Assembly: GCA_965213705.1 (NCBI GenBank)
Contig: OZ243913.1
Location: forward strand, 2,496,001 to 2,560,000
Length of the DNA: 64,000 bases
DNA from: Trueperaceae bacterium
Lineage (GTDB): Bacteria > Deinococcota > Deinococci > Deinococcales > Trueperaceae
Direction: 5' to 3'
The notes beneath the pieces are model-generated. The model saw only the letters and a list, made by a program, of their open reading frames with translations, searched no databases and was not told where the DNA came from. The stretch's first letter is position 1. Each line of letters opens with the position of its first letter. Made by a program: the position numbers and the translations under genes. Shown here in pieces: positions 48,121-56,794 of the stretch.

Positions 48121-49122
48121 GTGCCGGACTTGACAGCGTTTTTTCAGGTCGCGAGTGCGGACCCTTTCTTTTTTTACACCCTCGTGGCGGCGATTTTTTT
48201 GGCTGTCGTGTCCTTGGCTTCGGGTTGGCGACGCGCCGACTTCTTGGCCGTGCTGCGTCCGCAAGGCCTGTTTCGCGTGACCATCGCGGTGTTGGTCGCT
48301 TTTTTGGTGGTGTGGTCGGTCGACATCCTCCAGGGAAGCAAAGACGGCGCGTGGGAGGGCCTGCGGGGTCTGAGCCGCTTGCCCCTCTACGTGGTCACGC
48401 TCGCTTACGGACCGAGCGCCGGCCTGCTGGCGGCGGGGCTGTTCGCGGCGTTTGCGACCACCACGAGTTGGCCGGGGTGGTCCGAGGCGGTGCTGGCCCT
48501 GGAGCTTGTCGTACTGGGCTGGTTCGCGCTCGCGCCCTCACCCCGAAAGGCGCGTTGGGCGGGGCCCGCGGGCGCGCTGTCGGCTTATTTTTTGGCCTGG
48601 TCGACCGGCGGCGCGGCGCTGTTGCAAAGCGCTTCCGGCGCGGGTGCGGTTTTAGCGGCTCACTTGACTTACCATCAAGACGGGGCGCTGGGAACGGTTC
48701 TCAGCATGGCGCTTTTGTTTCTCGTCGGTCCAAAAATGTACGACACAGTTTTTCCAGGCTCGAGAATCGTTCCGCGGCCACCCTCTTCAAACCCGAACGG
48801 CGGCTTCACTCCGGAACGGGAACGGCGCACCGCCCGCGGGGGTCGACGCGCCACCGACAGACTCGGGGCCGAGCCCTCGCCGAGACGGCGAAGAGCCGAC
48901 CTGCGGGCAGGGTCGGACTTGTCGCCTGCGACCGTCGAGCCGTCCCCCGGTGAGGGGCCGGTTGACGAGACACGTGTCAAAGCGGGGTCGGACCGACCGC
49001 CCTTAGACGCGTCAGGCCTTGAGCAGCACGCTGACGCCGAACTCGTTGCCCCCGGCGACGGCCCGGCCCCAAGCGCGGCCCCCCCAACGCTCGGCGATGC
49101 TCCTCACGATGTAGAGTCCTAA
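48121..49122 (+). CDS. multi-pass membrane protein with disordered C-terminal tail
   Basis: About six hydrophobic segments; YGP..GLLA pattern; TAAACT-N6-GTG. Confidence 0.7.
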   Translation: MPDLTAFFQVASADPFFFYTLVAAIFLAVVSLASGWRRADFLAVLRPQGLFRVTIAVLVAFLVVWSVDILQGSKDGAWEGLRGLSRLPLYVVTLAYGPSAGLLAAGLFAAFATTTSWPGWSEAVLALELVVLGWFALAPSPRKARWAGPAGALSAYFLAWSTGGAALLQSASGAGAVLAAHLTYHQDGALGTVLSMALLFLVGPKMYDTVFPGSRIVPRPPSSNPNGGFTPERERRTARGGRRATDRLGAEPSPRRRRADLRAGSDLSPATVEPSPGEGPVDETRVKAGSDRPPLDASGLEQHADAELVAPGDGPAPSAAPPTLGDAPHDVES

Positions 49123-49959
49123 ACCCGTCCCCTTGGCCTTGACAGAAGCGCCCCGGGCGTGCGGCTCGAACAGTTTTTCGACGACGTCGTCTTCCAGCGG
49201 GCTGCCCGCGTCTTGCACCGTGAACCGCGCGTACTGGGACTGCGCCTTGTCGAGCGCCACGCGCAGCACCACGCGTTCACCGTCGGGTCCGTGAACGGCC
49301 GCGTTCTCGAGCAAGTTGATGAGGACTTGCAACAGTTTGTCCGCGTCGGCCCAGACGGTCAAGGGGGCGACCTCCTGGTGCAAGCAAATACCGTGCTCTT
49401 CAAACGTCCGGGCGACCAGCGACAGGGCGCGCGCGACCACCTCGGGCGCGTGGACGCTGCGGTACTGCGGCGGCTTGACGTCTACCGTGAGGTCGTTCAA
49501 AAGGCGCACCAGACGTTCGCTTTCGGCCTCGGCACGTTCTAAGAAGCGCTCGCGCAGTTCCGGAGGTAGGTCGGCGCGCAAAGCCTCCAGCGTCGAGCGA
49601 ATCGTCGCGACCGGCGTACGCAGTTCGTGTGACAACACGCCCAGCAGCTCGCGCGCCGTCTCCTGGGCGCGTTTTTGCTCGGTCAGGTCTTGCAACGCCA
49701 GACCGCCGGGCAACGGGGTCGCTTTTACGACGCGTTCGCGCGTTTCACATTCCAGGGCGACCTGCTCGGTGTAAGCGCGCTCGAGCCGGTGGTCGCGGAG
49801 CACGGCGATGAGCGGCAAACCGCGACTCTGCACGGCGTCCACCCCCAAAAACAGGGCCGCCGCGGCGTTCAGGTAGCTCACGCGCCCACCTTCGACCAGG
49901 ACGATGCCCTCGGCAAGCCTGTCCAGCAGGTGGGGCGCGGCCGGTTCGGGCTCGTTCAT
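49012..49959 (-). CDS. phoR: PAS sensor histidine kinase, PhoR-like
   Basis: SHELRTP, QVLINLLENA, GTGLGL; downstream of an OmpR-type regulator and divergent from phoU. Confidence 0.85.
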   Translation of the reverse strand: MNEPEPAAPHLLDRLAEGIVLVEGGRVSYLNAAAALFLGVDAVQSRGLPLIAVLRDHRLERAYTEQVALECETRERVVKATPLPGGLALQDLTEQKRAQETARELLGVLSHELRTPVATIRSTLEALRADLPPELRERFLERAEAESERLVRLLNDLTVDVKPPQYRSVHAPEVVARALSLVARTFEEHGICLHQEVAPLTVWADADKLLQVLINLLENAAVHGPDGERVVLRVALDKAQSQYARFTVQDAGSPLEDDVVEKLFEPHARGASVKAKGTGLGLYIVRSIAERWGGRAWGRAVAGGNEFGVSVLLKA

Positions 49960-49963
49960 GGCA

Positions 49964-50623
49964 CTACGCACCGACGAGCCGGTAACCGCGCCCCCGCACG
50001 GTTTCGATGCGTTCCGCGCCGATGAGCGCGCGCAGTTGCGCCACGTGCTGGTCGACCGTACGCTCGGTTCCCAAAAAATCTTCGCCCCAAACCCGGTCGA
50101 GCAGGTCGACGCGCGAGAACACGCGGTTTGGGTGCGCCGCCAAAAACGCGAGAAGGTCGAACTCACGCCGCGTCAGCTGCAGAAGTTGGCCGGCCAGCGT
50201 GGCGGAACCCTCGGCCTCGTCGACCAACAGGTCACCTACGACGTGTTTAGAATCGGTGTGGGTGCGGCGCAGCAGGGCGCGCAACCGCGCCACGAGTTCG
50301 GCGTTCGAAAAGGGCTTGACGAGGTAGTCGTCCGCGCCCGCCTCCAGACCCAACACCTTGTCGACCTCGCTCGCCCTGGCCGTCAACATCAGCACGGGCA
50401 GGGCGCCGCCACCCGCTTGTGCGCGGTACCGGCGCAACCAGTCGACCCCCGAGCCGTCGGGCAACATCAGGTCGAGCACCACCACCGCCGCCTTGTCGAC
50501 GCCGGCCCAAGCGGCCGCCAAGGTCGGCGCGGCGAGCACCGAAAAGCCCGCTTGCGACAGGTGAAAATTCAGCAACTCGCGCAGACCGTCGTCGTCCTCG
50601 ACGACCAAAACCTTGGTGCTCAC
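49964..50623 (-). CDS. phoB: OmpR/PhoB response regulator
   Basis: VVEDD, LDLMLP, GADDY..KPF, RTVDQHV, ETVRGRGY. Confidence 0.88.
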   Translation of the reverse strand: MSTKVLVVEDDDGLRELLNFHLSQAGFSVLAAPTLAAAWAGVDKAAVVVLDLMLPDGSGVDWLRRYRAQAGGGALPVLMLTARASEVDKVLGLEAGADDYLVKPFSNAELVARLRALLRRTHTDSKHVVGDLLVDEAEGSATLAGQLLQLTRREFDLLAFLAAHPNRVFSRVDLLDRVWGEDFLGTERTVDQHVAQLRALIGAERIETVRGRGYRLVGA

Positions 50624-50664
50624 GCCTCTCCCGTCATAAGTCAAGTCTAGTGTAGCGAGACTTG

Positions 50665-50823
50665 TGTCAAGGTAACGTCATAGCTGCCGTGAACCGCGCA
50701 AAAGGGGTATCGGCAGCCCTCGAGCCTCTTTTTCTGCTGGTTTCGGCCCAACCCGGCCGGCCGCTGTTCGAGCAAACGTCTTCGAAGCGTGCAGTTCAGC
50801 GTAAACCTGACACTGTCCTGACC
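50665..50823. promoter_or_regulatory. putative Pho boxes in the divergent phoBR/phoU promoter region
   Basis: GTCA at 50666 and 50677, TGAC at 50808 and 50819; each pair is 11 bp apart. Confidence 0.55.
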
Positions 50824-50863
50824 TCTCGGGGACACACTGACCTCTGTGCTAAGCTCAAGTTTT

Positions 50864-51514
50864 ATGAACGCTCTCAACCAAGACTTGCAAGAGGTCAACG
50901 CCTCGGTCGTGCGGATGCTCAGCTTGGTCCGCGAACAGACCGAACTCGCCAAACGCGCCCTTATCGAGGGTGACGTGGAAGCCGCCCAGGCGTGCGTAAA
51001 GCTTGACCTGTCCCAGGTCGACCCGCTGATGCAAAGTTTGGAACAGCGCATCCTGACCATCATCGCACGCCGTCAACCCGCCGCGACCGACCTGCGCTTT
51101 TTGGGCGCGACCTACCGCGCGCTGGCCGACATCGAGCGCGCCGGAGACTACGCCGTCCACGTGGCGCGGGCCGGGGCCGAGCTGGCGCAAAAACCGCCCT
51201 TGAAGAAGTACACCGACATGAAGCGCATCCTGGACATCCTGAGCGGCATGGTTGAAAAAACCATTTCGGCCCTCGCCGACTCGAGTGCCGACACCGCCCG
51301 CGCCGCCCACGCGATGGACAAAGAAATCGACGACCTGTACGAACAAATTCAGCGCGAACTGCTCACTTATATGCTGGAAGACCCCAACACCATCAACACC
51401 GCAACCAAACTGTTGGGCGTCGCGCGACAGTTGGAGCGCTTGGGCGACCACTTGGAGAACGTCAACGAACACATCTTGTTCTGGCTGACGAGCGAACGGC
51501 TCGAGACCTACTAA
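50864..51514 (+). CDS. phoU: phosphate signalling protein PhoU
   Basis: IARRQP.A.DLR, DIERAGDYA, D..ID.LY, LERLGDH..N. Confidence 0.93.
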   Translation: MNALNQDLQEVNASVVRMLSLVREQTELAKRALIEGDVEAAQACVKLDLSQVDPLMQSLEQRILTIIARRQPAATDLRFLGATYRALADIERAGDYAVHVARAGAELAQKPPLKKYTDMKRILDILSGMVEKTISALADSSADTARAAHAMDKEIDDLYEQIQRELLTYMLEDPNTINTATKLLGVARQLERLGDHLENVNEHILFWLTSERLETY

Positions 51515-51636
51515 CGCCACCTCCCTACACCATTTTGTTGTAACGCGACAAGCGACGACGAGTTTCCTAGTCGCTCGTTTTTGAAGGGCGAACTGTTCCC
51601 TGTTCCGCTCAACGGTAGGGAAACGCTGGTCAAGCC

Positions 51637-51897
51637 TCAATTGTGTTTGTTGGTCTCCGTCACGATGTCTATGTGTTTGAGCAAAAGGCCGTCGGTTTCG
51701 AAACGGAGCCAGCGACCACTGACACCTTTGGCGACCCCAACGCTGCGGCCCCACTCGAAAGCCTGGCTGTTTTTCGCCTCCAGGCGCTTGACACGGTTTT
51801 GCGAACGCCGCAGTTTGGACTTGGTCCTGGCGAGCAACCCTATCGTGATGCAAAGCAGACAGGCCAAGAGCGCACAAGCAATGGTCAGGCTGGTCAT
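51637..51897 (-). CDS. small membrane-anchored hypothetical protein
   Basis: N-terminal TM segment followed by a basic coiled stretch; TAGGCT-N6-ATG. Confidence 0.5.
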   Translation of the reverse strand: MTSLTIACALLACLLCITIGLLARTKSKLRRSQNRVKRLEAKNSQAFEWGRSVGVAKGVSGRWLRFETDGLLLKHIDIVTETNKHN

Positions 51898-52169
51898 GTC
51901 TAAAAGCCTACCCCGAGGCCGCCCACCACACTGCTAAACAGCTTACGGAACAGCGTATTTAAAGACGAGCCTCGTACCTGCGCCGAGATTTGGGGGCTCG
52001 AGGGGGGGATTGCCCAAGATTTACGAAAAAATCCTTGAAGGCAGGTCGCAGCCGGCTCGAGAATAGCTGAACCTGCTTTTTTCTTTTTCACGACGCACAC
52101 GACTCGTCGAGGTCTGCTATACTGAATGGTTGTCTGGGCACGACCAAGACCGTGCCGTTAAGGAGAAGC

Positions 52170-52385
52170 ATGAAAAAAGACATTCACCCCAAACTGGTGC
52201 CCTGCAAGGTCTACTGCGAGGGTCAAGTCGTGATGGAGACTTACAGTACCAAACCCGAAATCACAGTCGACGTGTGGTCGGGAAATCACCCTTTCTTTAC
52301 GGGTCAACAACGTTTTATCGACACCGAAGGCCGCGTCGAGAAGTTTCAAAAACGCTTCGGTACGAGCTACCGCAAGAGCAAGTAG
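52170..52385 (+). CDS. rpmE: 50S ribosomal protein L31
   Basis: MKKDIHP, HPFFTG.QRF.DTEGRVEKF.KRFG; AAGGAG SD. Confidence 0.97.
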   Translation: MKKDIHPKLVPCKVYCEGQVVMETYSTKPEITVDVWSGNHPFFTGQQRFIDTEGRVEKFQKRFGTSYRKSK

Positions 52386-52410
52386 CCGCAGGTCGAAGCT
52401 TGCTGCAAGG

Positions 52411-52441
52411 AAAAACCCTCGAGTCGGACTCGAGGGTTTTT
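52411..52441 (+). terminator. rho-independent terminator
   Basis: aaaaaccctcgagt-cgg-actcgagggttttt. Confidence 0.85.
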
Positions 52442-52789
52442 GTCATGTGGTTTTCGTCCCCTGGGACCCGTTTCCGCTTTTATAGCTCTTTTCCCGCTCA
52501 TCGAGAAAAAATGCTTTCAAACCTGGCTTCTTTATCCGAGAGAGGTGACCCTTCAGACCGGAGGAAGTTCGAATGCGCTTGCACTAAGAATGTCTTCAGC
52601 CACGAAAGAACCGCTATGAAAATGAACTCGAGCCGACAACGTCAACCTCGGGAAACTTGACAGCTCTGCGTTCAGGAATTCCCGACGGCGAACAGATTCG
52701 CAACCGTTCGGCGAGAAAAACCTTCAAACAGTCCGGTTGATGAGCGGCACCCGGCAAGGGCGTTCCTTTACGCAAGTCGACCGCCGGCT

Positions 52790-54649
52790 TCACTCCGGTA
52801 AGGACGCAAAGACCCTTGTGCCCCGCCCGGAACGTGTCGACAGTTCGAAGGTGCCGCCCCGGTTGTCGACGCGCTCTTTCATTTGTCTCAGGCCCAAACC
52901 GCCCGCACTCGTGACCCGGTCGGACACGGTGACCAGGTCGAAACCCCGACCGTCGTCCTCGACGGCAACGAAACCTTGACCGTCGGGAGTCGTGCCGGTA
53001 CTGACTTTGACCGCTGTGGCGGCCGCGTGTTTAGCGACGTTGTGCATCGCCTCTTGAAAAATGCGAAACAGCACAGCCTCGCTCTTGGCGCTGAGCTGCG
53101 GCATTTCTGCAAAAGCCAGCTCGACACCGAGCCCGTTTTGCTGCCCGTAGTCCTGGCAGTAGCCCCGGATGGTTTCGGTAAAACCGCGATGCTCTAAGTC
53201 TACGGGCCGCAACGCGAAAATGCTGCGGCGCAACTCTTTGATCAGTTCGCGCAGCGTTCCTTTGGTCGCGCCCAGTTCCGTTTCGGCTTTAGCCGGGTCG
53301 GTTTTCAACAGCCGCGTGACGAGGTCGAGTTTGAGGGCGCTGAACGCGAGCGACTGCGCGACCCCGTCGTGAATTTCTCGGGCGATGCGGGCGCGCTCCT
53401 CGGCGATGGCGAGTTCCTCGGATTGCAAATAGGCTTGAGCGTTGCGCACCGCTAAACCGACCTGGCCCGCCACAAGGTTCAAAAACGGCAGGGTCGCTTC
53501 GTCGAAGTAGTGGGGCGTTTCGTGCGCCAGCACAACCACGCCGAGCAGTTGTTGTTCCGACAAGAGGGGCAGCGCCACGGCGCTCTGGGCCATGTGCAGC
53601 AGCGAGCCGCCGCTGTTGCGCTCTGCCGCGGACAGTCGGTTGGCGACACAGGCCTCGGCCCGCTCGGCTGCGGCCCCCACAAAGCCCTCGCCCAAGCGCA
53701 GCGGCGGGCCGCCGGGTTGGCAACCCACCCCGCGGCACACCCGCAGTTGCAGCCGCCGCTCCTCGTCGGCTAAGTAAACGCCGCCCAGCGTCGCGTCGGC
53801 GCGCGTCATCATCTGGCTGAGCAGTTTGTCCAGCAGCCGCTCCAAGTTACCCTCGGCGCGAATACTGCGGTCGACGTCCAACAAGGTAACCAAGTCCCTG
53901 GTCCGGCCTCTGGCAACCTCGGCCGCCGCCGAAAACTCCGAGGACAGGATGCTGAAACTTTCGCGCTGGTCGCTCTCCGGGGCGTGCGCGTAGTAAGCGT
54001 GAATGCTGCCGACGGTCTTACCCGCCCACACCAGGGGCGTCGTGAGAAGCCAGTAACTTGTGCCGTCGTCGGCCTCGTCGCTCAAGTGCTTGCCCGCCCT
54101 GAGCGCCTCGTCGCGGCGCGCGGCGTGCCACGCCAAACTTTGCGTCAGGCCGTAGCTGTGGCTGATGCTCGCGCCACCCGACTGCAGCAACACGGCCGTG
54201 CCGACGGCTCCGGTCACTTTGGTGATGCCTTCGCTCGCTGCTGAAATGGCCGTTTCCAAGTCGGCAGCGGAAGCGAACTGCTCGGTGACTTTTTGCAGCG
54301 CGCCGAGGAGCGCGTGGCTCGCTTGCAGTTCGTCGTAGAGCCGCTTTAAGCTCTCTTGCGCCTGCTCGCGCCGCCGCACCTCCAGGGCTATCCAGTCCAG
54401 GGTGGCAAAAGTGACCGTCGGCCCCAAAATGCTGTAGAACAAAATCTGCGACCACAGCTGCCAGTTTTGGCCGCCCAACGGCACCACCAAAAGTTCAAAA
54501 ACCAAAACGACGCCGACGATTGCCACCGGCAACCAGAAACGGGCCAACTTGACTTGTTGGTATAAACTTTTGGAGCGAGCCTCCAAACCCGCCGGTACTG
54601 CGGGCTCGAGCGCCGGACGCACCCTTTTAACTTTTTTCTCAGTTACCAC
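52790..54649 (-). CDS. GAF-domain NarX/LiaS-type sensor histidine kinase
   Basis: Two TMs, GAF domains, EERARIAREIHDGVAQ, QEAMHNVAKHA, DDGRGF, GLGL..M.ER. Confidence 0.93.
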   Translation of the reverse strand: MVTEKKVKRVRPALEPAVPAGLEARSKSLYQQVKLARFWLPVAIVGVVLVFELLVVPLGGQNWQLWSQILFYSILGPTVTFATLDWIALEVRRREQAQESLKRLYDELQASHALLGALQKVTEQFASAADLETAISAASEGITKVTGAVGTAVLLQSGGASISHSYGLTQSLAWHAARRDEALRAGKHLSDEADDGTSYWLLTTPLVWAGKTVGSIHAYYAHAPESDQRESFSILSSEFSAAAEVARGRTRDLVTLLDVDRSIRAEGNLERLLDKLLSQMMTRADATLGGVYLADEERRLQLRVCRGVGCQPGGPPLRLGEGFVGAAAERAEACVANRLSAAERNSGGSLLHMAQSAVALPLLSEQQLLGVVVLAHETPHYFDEATLPFLNLVAGQVGLAVRNAQAYLQSEELAIAEERARIAREIHDGVAQSLAFSALKLDLVTRLLKTDPAKAETELGATKGTLRELIKELRRSIFALRPVDLEHRGFTETIRGYCQDYGQQNGLGVELAFAEMPQLSAKSEAVLFRIFQEAMHNVAKHAAATAVKVSTGTTPDGQGFVAVEDDGRGFDLVTVSDRVTSAGGLGLRQMKERVDNRGGTFELSTRSGRGTRVFASLPE

Positions 54650-54702
54650 GACCCACAGTGTACGGCAAAAAGTCCGGGTTTTTGGCAGTCTGAGAGGGCA
54701 AC

Positions 54703-54760
54703 ACCGAGGACCGAGTGAACCCACTCTCAAACAGGTGTTCGGTACTGTTCACTCGGTACT
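54703..54760. repeat. ACCGAG-family intergenic hairpin repeat
   Basis: accgagtgaac ... gttcactcggt inverted repeat; 17-bp identity to 6841-6857. Confidence 0.6.
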
Positions 54761-55750
54761 GGCTCCTCTCTCCCTCGCCAACGCGCAGCTCAGGGCGATG
54801 GAGTTGAACTTCGTCTTAGTGCTGTCGGCGCGGCTCGTCAACACGATAGGCGCGCGTGCGCCGACGACGATGCCTGCGACCGCCGCGTCGGCGAAGTAAA
54901 CGAGCGACTTGTAAAACACGTTGCCGACGTCGATGTTGTCGACAATCAGCACGTCGGCCTCGCCCGCCACGGCGGACTTGATGCGTTTGACCTTGGCGGC
55001 GTGCGGGTTGATGGCGTTGTCGAGCGCCAGCGGGCCGTCCACGACGGCGTCCCGGATTTGGCCGCGGTCGGCCATTTTGGCGATGATCGCCATGTCGACA
55101 CTCGACTGTTGCGCCACGTCCACCGTTTCGATGGCGGCGAGCAGCGCGACCTTGGGTTTGTCCAGGCCCAGCGCGTGCGCGACCCGCACCGCGTTGTTGA
55201 CGATGTGGATTTTCAGCGGCAAGTCCGGGTCGATGTTGAGCGCGCCGTCGCTCATAAAAAACAAGCGTTCGTAGTGGGGTGCGTCGAAAACGAGCACGTG
55301 CGACAACTTGCTGTCGCCGCGCAGGCCGTAGTCTTTGTTGAGCACCTCGCGCATCAGCGCGGCGGTCTGGATATAGCCTTTCATGAGCACGTCGCACTCG
55401 CCGCTCGAGACCGCCATGACCGCTTGGCGCCCCGCCTCGAGCCGTGAGCCGGTCGGCACGACCTCGGCCTCGGTGGGGTTCAGGTCGTAGCTCTCGCAAA
55501 GCTGTCCGATAATAGCTTCGTCGCCGTACAGGACGGGCGTCACGTAACCGGCTTTGACCGCCTCGGCGACCGCCTCGACGATGTGGTCTTCGCCGGCACT
55601 CGCCACGGCGAGCCGCAGGGGTCGCTCGGCGGTCGCCCGCGCGGCCAGCGCGTGGACGTCGCCCATGTACTTGCAGGTTGAGGTTGTTTCGGTTGGGGCC
55701 GGTGCAGCGGGTGAGGGTGCAGCGGGTGAGGGTCGGGTGGGTGAGGTCAT
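54749..55750 (-). CDS. ptb: phosphate butyryl/acetyltransferase
   Basis: LMKG...T, SH, PKVA.L.A.E, VDGPLALDNA, GN..YK, PIVLTSRAD. Confidence 0.9.
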   Translation of the reverse strand: MTSPTRPSPAAPSPAAPAPTETTSTCKYMGDVHALAARATAERPLRLAVASAGEDHIVEAVAEAVKAGYVTPVLYGDEAIIGQLCESYDLNPTEAEVVPTGSRLEAGRQAVMAVSSGECDVLMKGYIQTAALMREVLNKDYGLRGDSKLSHVLVFDAPHYERLFFMSDGALNIDPDLPLKIHIVNNAVRVAHALGLDKPKVALLAAIETVDVAQQSSVDMAIIAKMADRGQIRDAVVDGPLALDNAINPHAAKVKRIKSAVAGEADVLIVDNIDVGNVFYKSLVYFADAAVAGIVVGARAPIVLTSRADSTKTKFNSIALSCALARERGASTE

Positions 55751-56048
55751 GACCCAGTTTACGCGAAGTGTTTTGGGGACACAGTACGGGTCAACTCGGG
55801 TTCCGGCCTCTTCAGCAAACCCGACACCGCGCTTTATACTTCAGAAGTGACCGGTCCGAACGAGTTCAGGGGCTTTGTCAGACGGCTCAGCGTACCGCTG
55901 AGTTTGCTGGCCGTAGTTATCGTCTTTGGCTCGGGCGGCCACGACCGGCTGTGGCTCGAGCACGACGGCACGTTCGCCACGCTGCAGCACCTCGCCAACG
56001 AGGCCTTGACCGAGGGGGTGTCTTAATGGGTTTTCGGTCACGGCTTGC

Positions 56049-56528
56049 GTGGGCGGCAAACTTGGAAACCCGGCAAAGCGAAGGTTTGTCGAACACTTGA
56101 GCATCCTTGAAGACCTCACCTCGGGCGACCCCCACCGCGTCTGGTCGGGAGCCTGCGCCGTTCGGACGCTCCGGGAGCCCAAGGAACTGGCGCTGCTCGC
56201 CAGGAACATCGGCAAGATTCGGCGGCGCACGCGCGGGGTGGAACTCGGCGGCGCTTTTTATCCCAACGCGGGCCACCTGGAATTCGCGCTTCAAAAGCTC
56301 AGTTTCGTCCGCGACCGCAAGGGCTGCCTCTGCCACCTCTACCCGAAAAATATGTTCTATGACCCTGAAAGGGAGCAAGAAGCCGGTCACGTTAAGATTT
56401 TTCAGGAAATAGTCTTGGCACCCTATGTAGAAAACTACGTGTGCCGATGTTTGTACTGCGGTCAAGGTTTCGAGGTGGAGAGGCGTGAGTATCATTACCC
56501 GTGGTGGTCTTGGCGGTTTGTCAGGTGA
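56049..56528 (+). CDS. hypothetical Cys-containing (possible Zn-binding) protein
   Basis: CLC..Y, C.CLYCG, YHYPWW.W; start uncertain. Confidence 0.65.
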   Translation: MGGKLGNPAKRRFVEHLSILEDLTSGDPHRVWSGACAVRTLREPKELALLARNIGKIRRRTRGVELGGAFYPNAGHLEFALQKLSFVRDRKGCLCHLYPKNMFYDPEREQEAGHVKIFQEIVLAPYVENYVCRCLYCGQGFEVERREYHYPWWSWRFVR

Positions 56529-56794
56529 GCGCGCGGAGAAAACTTTTTCATTACCTTGTTGAACCTACGTGCTACACCGGGAGATTTCTGTTCCAATCCG
56601 GCAGTTTTGAGCATCACAGGGTTTAGCGAGTCTCGAGACTCATGGCATCGAGGCGTGGGACTAGCCACAACCCTCCGCAGGCTGTATGATTTTTACAGGT
56701 CACAGCTTTGTTCCCACACTTCCGTTACAGTCTGTTTACGCACTCACCGCTTGTGTTTATCCCGTCAAAACCAAACCAAGTCAGGAGCATCGTC

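Noticed and set aside
52442..52789. 350-bp AT-richer intergenic gap as ncRNA or small gene
   Set aside because: No recognisable RNA motif or convincing ORF
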